A DNA stretch of 64,000 nt, from NCBI GenBank assembly GCA_009103225.1, contig RHPI01001715.1, positions 516,099 to 580,098 on the forward strand. The letters run 5' to 3'. Of this stretch, positions 25,222 through 35,228 are shown piece after piece. This DNA is from Chlorokybus atmophyticus. Its lineage: Eukaryota; Plantae; Mesostigma and Chlorokybus algae. A program made the translations under genes and the position numbers. A model generated the notes under the pieces. It did no database searches, was not told where the DNA came from, and saw nothing but the letters and a program-made list of their open reading frames with translations. The first letter of the stretch is position 1, and the number at the start of each line of letters is the position of its first letter.

Positions 25222-27658
25222 GTGAACGAGTAAATACGGTATGTATGGCGAGCAATGTAATCTTACAACAGTATTGCACAATCTTGCGCAAAATCCTTAG
25301 CATTCTATCCACAAGTGCACGTAATACATTCTGTGTCTCTCGCCCTCTTCCTCTCTCTCTCTGCAAGTATTCAACATGTGATAATGCATACATAGCGCAT
25401 AGCATGTCGCTGACATATGATTGGCATATGTTGTATGTCAGCTCAAAAACATTAATGGCATTATGTAATTTTTGGATATTAATATTAGTATTGGCGTTCA
25501 ATGCACATATCAAAGTCGTAAGCGCTGATAGTTTTGGCCAAACACAGCAGTAGAGTAAAAAGGGGACACGTATTTCATGACAAAGGCCATATCGGAGTTA
25601 CACATTCAGCTTTTATCATGCAACTCACGCAGTTCTCAGCGCTGGACATGTTGATGACAAATCGATACGTATGAATTTTTTTCATTTGTGATGTTTTGTA
25701 AGAATGAGATCGGATACACGTGAAAGACAATGTCGTTTGCGAAAACCACTCAACATAAGTTAAGCAACACACATGGTAATGGCAGCGATATGCTATGCTA
25801 TGAAAGAGACGCTGTGAATAAGCGCGCATTATAATATTATGTCAAAAATGACATTCAGTCCATTTGGCATTTTGTCCACGAATATGATAATCTTATTGAC
25901 TAGGGTTGCAGGCTTGATTGTAAACCACAGTGGCAGTTGATGCAAAAGCCGATTTTCCGCATATTAGCCGCAGCCATGGTAAGCATTGTTTTCTTTAACG
26001 CTAAAACGGTTAATGTAGATACTTCAGCACTTATCATAAGTGCTGAAGTAGTACTGTATAAAAAAATAATAATTATAATGTCGGCGTCTTAACCACTGGG
26101 CTACGGCAGCAAAAGTCGGTGCCATAGGAGGAGGCATGTGCCATTTAACCACCTCCCATAACCACGGTATGACACCTTAAAAGGACTTTTTCAAAAGAGT
26201 TCTTTTAATCTGCTTCAACCATTGCCATGCATCGCACGAGTTGAAATAAATGTCACATAGCGTGATGATTACCAACGAGGTAGTACTTAACTCGCACGAT
26301 GGTGTAAGCCAGATACTGTGCTCGAAGCTTACCGCTTTTATCTCACATCTTGTTTAATTAGGGTGGCAGTTTACGAGTAGGCGGCATTGAATTGTCACAC
26401 ATCGTCTGATGATGCGAGTCGCTATCTTCAGTCAAAAAGTCGATTGGGTCTTGAACCAGGGTTTAAGTATAGTGCATCAATGGTTTGTACACTTCTCCAT
26501 GATATTGAGTATCATTATACTATGGTTGAACCGCACTCTCATCTTTTCTTGCATATGCTTTTTATGCACACGCGCAAGAAAAATGCTTGCGCGTTTGTGA
26601 CACATGCACAAACACACACACGCACAAGGCAGCTAGCAGATAACAGATGGGCGGGAGGACCTATAAAGGCATTGACAATGCTTGCTAAGATGTGTGCTCG
26701 TAGCTAAGTGCATGAGCGGTTGAGGCCGAAGGGGCAGTGCAAAAAACAGCGAGCCAGCAAACAGCAGCAGACCCGAACAACAAGGTGGTGCATATGCAGT
26801 TCAACTATAATATGCTGAATGAGCTGAACACACTACTTCTCAAGAAGGGTGCCAATCAGATGTTTACTACTTAGTGAATCACATCATGTATATTGTGCTT
26901 ATAAATTGATCACATGGTAAGCTTGAGTTATTGCATGAATGATTTTGCAATGCTTGTGCTAAGGCGTTGGTAGCCTTTACTCACAACATATTGAGATTTC
27001 GTGTGGAATATCTCTATGGTCGAGTTTTTGCACGAGTATATCGTGCAATGTCATTTCACAAATAACACTCAACTTGAGTGACTCAAGTAACATTGAACGT
27101 GCACAGCGCTACAATTCATGGTGCCATGTTGTCATGAGTGTGTCACGTGAGCGAGCAATGCTGCGTACGCCCTGCATCTCTGAACGTAAGGAAGCCAAGA
27201 CAAGGCATCGGCAGAACGTTTGTCACAAATACGGGTAGGAGCTAACAACACCTCTGACTTAGGGGCCTTGAGGGCAAATGCTTTGACTCAAAGCGTTGCA
27301 GCGATACTGTCACAGTTCGGTCGTTTAGTCATTAAACGAGCTTTGCATGTTTTGTTGAGTAGACTGCAAATGCACATTATTATGTACCCGAAGGTGTTGT
27401 CAAGTGACGCCATCCGATACACGCTTTCGTATCCTTGTAATACGACCGTAACGCGGACAATTGCAGTTCCCCCTCATTTATAAGTTTTCAATTTTATAGA
27501 AGAACGTTAAATCTGGTTTTAAATTCAATCCATGTTCTTTTTTGTGTGTAAAGACCCATATACATTCTTAGTTAAATAAAAGAATGTTGGAACATCCTTT
27601 TATAAACTCTTTGTAACCCCTGTGGCGGGTTTGAAAATAATAAAAAAAAAAGTCAAAA

Positions 27659-27909
27659 GTCAGTGTTTCAATAGATAATGTGTCTAAAAGATTTAATAGC
27701 TTTCAAGCTTTGCAACATGTTAATTTACAATTAAAGAGTGGTTCTTTAACGGCTTTAATTGGTCCATTCTGGGTCCAAAAAATCAATCCTATTACATACA
27801 GTTGCGGGATTGAAAACTCCTGATATCGGAAAAACATGGTAATTCACAAAAAATGCAAGTAATTATTTTATACAATGTCGAAATATTAGTTTTATATTTT
27901 AAAACTATG
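27659..27909 (+). pseudogene. cysA: Plastid cysA (sulfate ABC ATPase) 5' fragment
   Basis: VSIDNVSKRFNSFQALQHVNLQLKSGSLTALIGP then, after a frameshift, GSKKSILLHTVAGLKTPDIG. Matches the CysA N-terminus and a degenerate Walker A. Confidence 0.85.
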
Positions 27910-28447
27910 TGTAACGGGAGCAATAATAATAGGGGTATTATTGCTACTTAAATAACACATTTTGTATGAATAAGTATTTAAATAAGCTTATTTATACCTC
28001 TTTTCTACGGTTCCTTGCTTATTAAAGGCTATGATGCTTTATCATAGCTTAAATAAGTCCCAATGGGTGTAGAACCGCTCATTCAAGGCTATTTAATGTC
28101 ACATTTGATATAATGTGACATCATGTGACATCACTATCTCGTTAGGTACCTTACGATAGGTATCTTTGGATAGGTACCTTATCGATATGTACCTTATCTG
28201 AGCTGTGATTGGCTCACGCTAGATTTCCTAACTACCCTATCTGTAGGGTCGATGTCTAGTTGTGAGTTAATTATCGAAAGGTATATAGTTGATATACTCT
28301 TGATATAAAAGGTCACATCAATCTGATGTGGGGACTTTCATTTCTCTGCTCAGTGGCGGCCACGCCGTTGAAAGGCTTGTCATAGGCGGTGTGGGTGTTG
28401 GGGTAGAGGATTGAAGGGGCATCACCGGCGACGGTGGTGCTGTTATA
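27910..28447 (+). repeat. 5' LTR (538 bp)
   Basis: Near-identical to 31263-31774: about a dozen substitutions and two short indels by eye. Confidence 0.97.
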
Positions 28448-28448
28448 T

Positions 28449-28460
28449 TGGTATCGGAGC
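28449..28460 (+). promoter_or_regulatory. Primer-binding site complementary to the tRNA-iMet 3' end
   Basis: TGGTATCGGAGC versus canonical TGGTATCAGAGC, one base after the LTR. Confidence 0.9.
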
Positions 28461-28830
28461 TTGCGACCCGGGTTCGATTCCTGCCTTGCACACGAATTCC
28501 GCGGTCGCTGTTTCTCGATCCAATAACATCGTAAATGGTCACTTTATATGTGCCATCATCGATGGGTCGCGACTTGCCTAATGGCAGTCGCGCCGAACTG
28601 ACCAGTTCAGTCGGCGCGGCAGGGCGCGACCTGCCTATCGCGGCGACGCGACCTGTGGGGCCGGCAGCGGAGCGCTATGCGCGCGTTGACCGGTATGGGC
28701 CTAAATTATTAGCCGGTCCTTAGGTGGTGGGGCCGGTGACCGACCCTAAATCAGACCCCTGGGAAGAAAATTCCCCAGCTGATGAGAGCGCCAGCTGCCG
28801 AGGACGTCAGCGTTCTTAAGTGGGGGGAAA

Positions 28831-28909
28831 TGTAACGGGAAGGTACATTAAATTACCACAAATCGACCATAAAAGCACCAAGTCTTTTGTGGTCGAGTGG
28901 GCTGTGACA
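28831..28909 (+). repeat. Internal 79-bp mini-LTR (TRIM-like), preceded by a PPT and followed by a second PBS
   Basis: AAGTGGGGGGAAA|TGTAACGGG...GCTGTGACA|TTGGTATCGGAG. Its termini match those of the long LTRs. Confidence 0.8.
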
Positions 28910-28919
28910 TTGGTATCGG

Positions 28920-31115
28920 AGAATTGGTTCTAGCTAAGTTACACGAACACAAATTCTATGCCAACCTGTCCAAATGCAACTTTTCAAAGGATGAACTACC
29001 CTTTTTAGGGCATGTGATTGGTAAAGAAGGATTGAAACCAGATCCTCAAAAGGTGTGTGCGGTAAAGGATTGGCCACCACCTAAGGATGTACATCAGTTA
29101 CGTGATTTCTTGGGGCTAGCCAATTATTTCCGCAAGTCCATGCGAGCATATTCTGGCATGGCAAACCCTTTAACATCTTTACTAAGAAAAGATGTTAAAC
29201 TTGTGTGGACGGAGGCACACGAGGTTGCTTTTACACGCATTAAAGATGCATTAACACAAGCCCCTGTGTTAGCCTTCCCCGACCACACCAAGCCTTTTGT
29301 GGTGATCAGTGATGCTTCCACCATTGGGTGTGGGGCAGTCCTTCTACAAGATGACAGACCATGTGCATATGAAAGCAGAAAGTTCATTCCTGCTGAACGT
29401 AATTACACAACCACTGAGCAGGAATTGCTCGGGGTGGTGCACGCGCTGCGCACATGGCGTTGCTACTTGGAAGGGGTGGAGTTTTCAGTGATTACTGATC
29501 ACAACCCGCTCACATTCTTTCATACGCAACAAAATCTGTCGAGGCGGCAAGCTAGGTGGAATGAATTCATTTCTCGTTTCACTTTCACTTGGCAATAGCG
29601 TCCGGGTCGCACCAATGTGGCGGATCCACTAAGTCGCAGCCCTGCTCTTTTGGCACTTACTCTCGAAGTACGCGTAATGTACAACAACCTGAAGATCCTT
29701 TCTTAAAGGAAGTGTCCACAGGTTATAACTCAGATGATTGGTTTAGCAGTCAAACCAACTTGCAACAGCTTACTGCTGTTAGCAATCTGTGGTATAAAGG
29801 GGAGCAGTTGGCAATTCCCAACTCGGGCGACTTGCGTAAGCAATGCTTACATTCAGTGCATGACCCGCCGCATGCTGGGCATTTGGGGAAACACGAAACA
29901 CTCAAATCTGCGCAACAGGTATACTGGTGGCCGTCAATGTCAGCTGACGTGGATCAATATGTTCGCACATGTGACGTGTGTCAACGTAATAAGCCACTAC
30001 GACAAAAACAAGCGGGATTGCTTAAACCATTGGCAATTTCAGAACAACAGTGGGATAGTGTCAGTATGGATTTGATTACTGACCTACCTGAAACAGCAGC
30101 TAAATACAATGCTATTGTGGTTTTTGTCGACCGTTTGACTAAAATGGTGCATTTTGCCCCGTGTTGCACAACTGTAAGTGCACGGAACTTGGCACACTTA
30201 TTTGTGTCCACGGTCTTTCGCGTTCACGGTATACCGCGTGAACTTATCACAGATCGTGATCCTCGGTTTGTCTCCAAGTTTTGCCGAGAAGTCTGTGAAT
30301 TGTTGGGGGTAAAACAAAACATGTCGACTGCTTTCCACCCGCAAACGGACGGTCAAACTGAGCGAGAAAATCCAATACTGGAAGAAATGCTTCGCCACTA
30401 TGTGGCTCCTAATCATGCTGATTGGGACAGGTACTTGCCAATGGCAGAGTTCGCTGTGAACAACGCGTGGCAAGAAAGTGTAAAGGAAACCCCATCTTTC
30501 TTAAATTATGGGATTCGCCCGAACACACCAGCGTCATTGCGTGTACCTCGCAATGCTCTGACTGTACCAGCGGCAAAGGAATTTGCCACTAGTATGCAAG
30601 AAAATTTGGCTCGAGCCAAGCTGTGTCTGTCAGAAGCACAGGACAGGCAAAAAGCTTATGCTGATACACATCGAACAATGGCCACATTCAATGTCGATGA
30701 TAAAGTTTTGCTTAACGCAAAGAACATAACCATCAAAGGTACGGGTGCTCGCAAGTTGCTGCCCCGATGGTTAGGTCCATTCTCTATCACTGATAGAGTT
30801 GGTACGCACGCTTATCGACTGCAATTGCCCCCAAGTGTGCGTATACACAACGTGTTCCATGTAAACTTGTTGAAACCTTACCGCTCAGACGGTTGAACAC
30901 AGCCTCCACCACCGCCAGTTGAGGTGGACAGCGAGCTCGAATACGAGGTGGAAGCTATATTAAACCATAAGCTAAATACTCGAGGACGCGCAACTCGCTA
31001 TTTGGTGAAATGGAAAGGGTATGGCCCGGAACATAACAGTTGGGAGCCCGACAGGCATCTTACGCACTGCCGCGAGTTGCTTCGAGCTTATTGGGATTCA
31101 TGTCCTGTCCCATAA
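28920..31115 (+). pseudogene. pol: Gypsy pol remnant: RT C-terminus, RNase H, integrase, chromodomain
   Basis: LSKCNF..LPFLGHVI; RNase H VISDASTIGCGAVLLQ..AYESRK..NYTTTEQELL; HPPHAGHLG..CDVCQRNK; integrase WDSVSMDLI, ITDRDPRF, AFHPQTDGQTER; chromodomain [28 protein letters not shown]. Disrupted by TAG at 29596-29598, a frameshift near 29640 and TGA at 30894-30896. Confidence 0.95.
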
Positions 31116-31262
31116 ACTGTGGGCTTGGTTTTATGACAGACTGGCAGTGCAGTTTCATTACCACCCTGTCATTTCCTGCTATCTCACTGGTTACAATTAC
31201 TCGGAATCAAGCCTGATCAACTTCAGTTCAACGAGGACGTTGAAAACCTAAGTGGGGGGGAA

Positions 31263-31774
31263 TGTAACGGGAGCAATAATAATAGGGGTATTATTGCTAC
31301 CTAAATAACACATTTTGTATGAATAAGTATTTAAATATGCTTATTTATACCTTTTTTCTACGGTTCCTCGCTTATTAAAGGCTATGATGCTTTATCATAG
31401 CTTAAATAAGTCCCAATGGGTGTAGAACCGCTTATTCAAGCCTATTTAATGTCACATTTGATATAATGTGATCACTATCTCGTTAGGTATCTTTGGATAG
31501 GTACATTATCGATATGTACCTTATCTGAGCTGTGATTGGCTCACGTTAGATTTCCTAACTACCATATCTGTAGGGTCGATGTCTAGTTGTGAGTTAATTA
31601 TCGAAAGGTATATAGTTGATATACTCTTGATATAAAAGGTCACATCAATCTGATGTGGGGACTTTCATTTCTCTGCTCAGTGGCGGCCACGCCGTTGAAA
31701 GGCTTGTCATAGGCGGTGTGGGTGTTAGGGTAGAGGATTGAAGGGGCATCATCGGCGACGGTGGTGCTGTTACA
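31263..31774 (+). repeat. 3' LTR (512 bp)
   Basis: Direct repeat of 27910-28447. Confidence 0.97.
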
Positions 31775-31910
31775 CTATGCCTTGGTTAAACATATCGCAG
31801 TGTATCAAAATGTTTCTTTTAGCCTTGAAGCTCGTGGTCTCGCAGGTGTACCCAAAAAGGTCAAGAAAAATTTAAAATTGATTCAACTTAAAAAACCTGA
31901 ACATCGATAT
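31775..31910 (+). pseudogene. cysA: Plastid cysA fragment continuing after the LTR element
   Basis: (N)YALVKHIAVYQNVSFSLEARG...LKLIQLKKPEHRY matches CysA QNYALFKHMTVYENIAFGL. Confidence 0.85.
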
Positions 31911-31915
31911 CAAAA

Positions 31916-32129
31916 CATTGGAAGAATGTTTAGTACGGATTCTTAAATTACTATAAGAGGCGTCGATAAACTATTACATGTAGATGTTTATTTACCAGGA
32001 TGCCCCCCTGAATCCGAAGCAATCATAGATGCGGTCATCAAGCTTCGCAAAAAACTAGCATAAGATTATTTTGTAGAACGAAACAATTTTTAACAAATTC
32101 ATCGTTATTACAGCATTTCTCACAAATTT
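31916..32129 (+). pseudogene. ndhK: Plastid ndhK fragment
   Basis: [45 protein letters not shown], with stops. Confidence 0.9.
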
Positions 32130-32171
32130 AGTCTTCTTTATCTGTTCATACAGGCAAATATTTACAAGTTG

Positions 32172-32277
32172 CGTGGCTCTTAAAGTTATGAGCTGTTGCT
32201 ATACTGAACAAATGCGACGAGTGGTTGGGTCTTAAGGTAAGCCCTGGCTAAATTTTGGCAACAAATTTTGTTACCAT
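32172..32277 (-). pseudogene. psaB: Plastid psaB 5' fragment
   Basis: MVTKF/PKFSQGLP*DPTTRRI/FSIATAHNFKSH, frameshifted; lies directly downstream of the psaA end. Confidence 0.85.
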
Positions 32278-32297
32278 AGTCTTTGTCCTCCCAACCC

Positions 32298-32606
32298 TTC
32301 CCCTACTACAATGATTCTAGCTAGGAAGAATGCCCATGTTGTGGCAATCCCACCCACAAGGTAATGAGCAATTCCTACAGTACGACCTTGGATAATACTT
32401 AAGGCTCGCGGATGAATTGCAGGTGCGACTTTTCATGTGTTATGAGCTCATTCAATTGACTCAATTAGATCTTGTTAATAACCACGTCTGCTAAATAGGA
32501 ACATTAGACTGAAAGCCCAAACAAAATGAGCTCTCAAGAACATAAGCCCATAAGCAGATAAAGCGGAGCCGTAAAATCGAATAACCTGAGATGCTTGAGC
32601 CCATAA
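32298..32606 (-). pseudogene. psaA: Plastid psaA 3' fragment
   Basis: [96 protein letters not shown]. Confidence 0.95.
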
Positions 32607-33440
32607 CGTTGCCCTGGTTAAACCAAGTTACGGTAATTAAAAGTAAGCTCATTGTTTTCAAAACCAAGACGTAATGGTGTATAAATCCATTCATTGATAC
32701 TTTTTCTTTAAACCCTTTCTTCTTTATTTTGTAGAACTTTTCGTTGTGAAGGATGTTTTTAACCCTTTCAAACCCTTTCAAATTATTTTTATTTATTAAA
32801 CTAAAGGTCTTTTCTCCCCTTTTTTCGAATTTCGAAAAAGGTCTGATACTCATAAAAGACCTAAATCTTCACCATGTATATCGAATTTATTCTGTAGTTG
32901 TAATAAACGTACTGAAGAAAATCCTGATTATATCTTTCAATGGATTGTGTTTGCTGATATTTTGTTTGATTTTAAATCAAATAAAAAAGCTTGTTAAAAA
33001 GATGCTTACAAGAACTTGCGATTCTTACAAAGGAGTTCGGTCTGTAAAGTGCTTGAATGGTAATTGTAGCTTGTCACTATTCTTCATCTTGTTTGTCTTT
33101 GAATCAGCTCCATATCTTAAAAAATTGAATCCAAGCGGGGTTTTAAAAAAGATTATAATAGAAAATATATTAACAATCACCTTTTCGTTTATGTTATAAA
33201 GTCTGCTCAATACCGACTTGGAAAAACAAGGGCGGTATTGTAAAAATTGTGTCCTTTCCTCGTTTAACAAGTTTTTACATTGAAATTCTTTTTGTGCATA
33301 TGTTTTCCAGTTCTTAATGCTTACAAAAAGAAAATAGCAATTAATGTATCATAACTCAAACATTAAGTAAGTTACTAATACAACAGATAACCCACATCTG
33401 ACTGGACACTAGTAAGCTTTGACGTAATTGATTGTTTATG

Positions 33441-33490
33441 TGTACAACGGATTAGCAATCAGCCGCTTTCGACCACTCAGCCACATCTCC
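33441..33490 (-). pseudogene. trnS: Plastid trnS(GCU) 5' fragment, truncated in the variable arm
   Basis: GGAGATGTGGCTGAGTGGTCGAAAGCGGCTGATTGCTAATCCGTTGTACA; no T-arm follows. Confidence 0.85.
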
Positions 33491-33808
33491 AATACAAAAT
33501 GATATTTGCACTCTATCATAATCAAATCAAAAAAGTCTAAACATAAATAAAACATTTAACTTCATATACCAAACAGAGTTTAATGGACCTTTATAATTTT
33601 ATATTTTTATTTTATCTTTTGCGGCTTATTTAATTTATTTAATCTTTTTCGATGAGCCCACATGTGGCTCATCTCAAAAATCTTTCAATGAGGTAAGCAG
33701 CAGTTTTTGATTATTTGATTTATTTATAAATGATATTTAAAAAAAACGCTAAGATATGCTTGAAAAAGAGATGTTTAAGAAATATCACATAAAATTGAGG
33801 ATTATTTA

Positions 33809-33984
33809 ATTAAGCTAGCATGTTGGATGTATACGGGACGCTTATATTGGTACTTTGCGCGTAGCTAGTTTTTTTAGGAGATGTACATGCAATAATGCAT
33901 GCTCCTTTACGAGATAATTAATTTGTAATGTGTTCAATGTCAGAAAGAGAAAGGGATTTTACTCCAGTTACTGCAAGCATTGTT
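33809..33984 (+). pseudogene. chlB: Plastid chlB 5' fragment
   Basis: KLACWMYTG..IGTLRVAS..VHAIMHAPL..VMCSMSERERDFTPVTASIV, frameshifted; matches the ChlB N-terminus. Confidence 0.9.
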
Positions 33985-34077
33985 TATATGATTTTGTTTT
34001 TTAATTCGCTTGTGATGAAAAACCTTGCGGTTGTTTTCTTTTGTTATAGGCTGCTATCTTGAAGTATATAATCTTTC

Positions 34078-34107
34078 AATTATAAGATAGGATCCTATCT
34101 TATAATT
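34078..34107. terminator. Perfect 30-bp palindrome, a plastid-type stem-loop within the NUPT
   Basis: AATTATAAGATAGGATCCTATCTTATAATT. A similar GATGAGCC/GGCTCATC hairpin lies near 33650-33672. The terminator role is inferred. Confidence 0.5.
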
Positions 34108-34564
34108 AAAACATAAACAGCCGCATATCTTTTGTGTAGCATATTACAGCAATTATTCTAATTCCCTAGACTAAAAATCAAATGTTCAACCTAGGAAGCC
34201 TCTGTTTAAAAGGAGTAACAACCCATGCGACTCATAAAAGTAAGTGGTTAAGAATGCATGTATTGATTACCAGCTGCATCACGTAAAACCTAATCTTTTT
34301 TTAAAGGAAAGGTTTATTGATTCATCCGATATTTAAGATTACCAATTACAGCCACAACTGTAGCATTGCATTTGAAAATTATAGTTAGACTTTAGCTTTG
34401 AAGCCACAGCAGCGTCAACTCCTCTACCCTTTTTATCAAAATCCAAATCTTTCGGTCGAATAATGAAGCAAACGTATGCAGCTGGTCTTGCTTGCATAGT
34501 TAGGAATTTGATGTATAGTTTTATTAAAACGATTGAATCTGCTTATAAGGAGTGTAGCAAGAAA

Positions 34565-34644
34565 GGCGTGTGGCGGAATTGGTAGACGCACCACGCTGTA
34601 AATGTCGCGGCTTAGGCTTTAAGGGTTCGAGTCCCTGACCGCCT
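34565..34644 (+). tRNA. Degenerate organellar tRNA-Leu-like pseudogene (apparent anticodon GTA)
   Basis: Leu-type D arm TGGCGGAATTGGTAGACGC, long variable arm and T arm GGTTCGAGTCC. The acceptor and anticodon stems are mismatched. Confidence 0.6.
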
Positions 34645-34910
34645 ATAAAATCCAAAATAATTTCAGCCACAATGTTTGAATCTTTGGATATTTAACAAAT
34701 ACTTAACTTGGGTGAAAATAAAGAAACACATACCCCACGTTTAAAAGATTCTAAATAAACTTATTTAAAAAGGAGTCATTTGTCTTTTTCCTAAAGAAAG
34801 GAAGCTTTTTGTCAAAAGTAGAAAAACATGAATAGCTTGTGTAAACTCTGTGGATAAGACGTCGCAGATGACATAGTCACTTATTGTTCAGAATTTACAA
34901 CTCTCACTTC

Positions 34911-35021
34911 ATGGAAGTGAATATTCTTGGATTAATTGCTACTGCTTTGTTTATGATTATACCACCTTCTTTTCTACTTATTTTATCTGTACAAACTGCA
35001 AGTCAGGGAAGTAAATCCTAA
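34911..35021 (+). pseudogene. psbM: Plastid psbM copy with an open reading frame
   Basis: [36 protein letters not shown]. Confidence 0.92.
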
Positions 35022-35130
35022 TTAGTTATTTGATCCGTTCTGGTTGTTTTATAAAAGCTAATTTTTCTTGTTTGTAAAGTAAAGCCGCATAAACCGTGTT
35101 ATTAGCAGTGAGTTCCAACGACTTCCAACG

Positions 35131-35200
35131 ACCAGCCCAGCCCAGACCACACCAGACCAGGCCAGGCCAGGGGCGGCGGGCAGGGAGCAGGCTCAGGAGC
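35131..35200. repeat. CCAGG/CCCAG pentamer-like repeat just upstream of DNAAF1
   Basis: accagcccagcccagaccacaccagaccaggccaggccaggg...caggctcagg. Confidence 0.65.
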
Positions 35201-35228
35201 AGGCGTGGGAGAGTATAGTAGAGTGACA

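Larger units (their letters stand above)
27910..31774 (+). mobile_element. Ty3/gypsy chromovirus LTR retrotransposon, internally deleted and chimeric (no gag or protease, RT 5'-truncated)
   Basis: LTRs at 27910-28447 and 31263-31774 (TGTAAC...TGTTA[T/C]A). 5-bp TSD CTATG at 27905-27909 and 31775-31779. PBS TGGTATCGGAGC at 28449-28460. PPT AAGTGGGGGGGAA at 31250-31262. Confidence 0.97.
27480..35120. other. Nuclear plastid DNA insertion (NUPT), a scrambled and decayed mosaic, interrupted by an LTR element
   Basis: Very AT-rich; carries fragments of cysA, ndhK, psaB, psaA, trnS(GCU), chlB, a trnL-like gene and psbM, plus plastid-type stem-loops. Boundaries are approximate. Confidence 0.9.

Noticed and set aside
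28779-28786. CTGATGAG hammerhead core in the retroelement leader
   Set aside because: No stem II followed by GAAA could be placed.
29596-29598. In-frame TAG in pol, and TAA/TAG within a protein-like frame near 52750-52800, hinting at UAR-to-Gln recoding
   Set aside because: The pol TAG falls at a conserved Tyr position (WQYRPG). Recognised host exons have no internal UAR, and host genes end in TAA or TAG.
32414-32449. Minus-strand GAGC..ATGAAAAGTCGCAC resembling group II intron domain V
   Set aside because: It is in-frame psaA coding sequence (AHNKLKVAPA region) and has no flanking intron domains.
34110-34540. Weak resemblance to psbB, rpl2 or petA fragments within the NUPT
   Set aside because: Only 3-6 residue matches, in conflicting frames. 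It cannot be assigned by eye.
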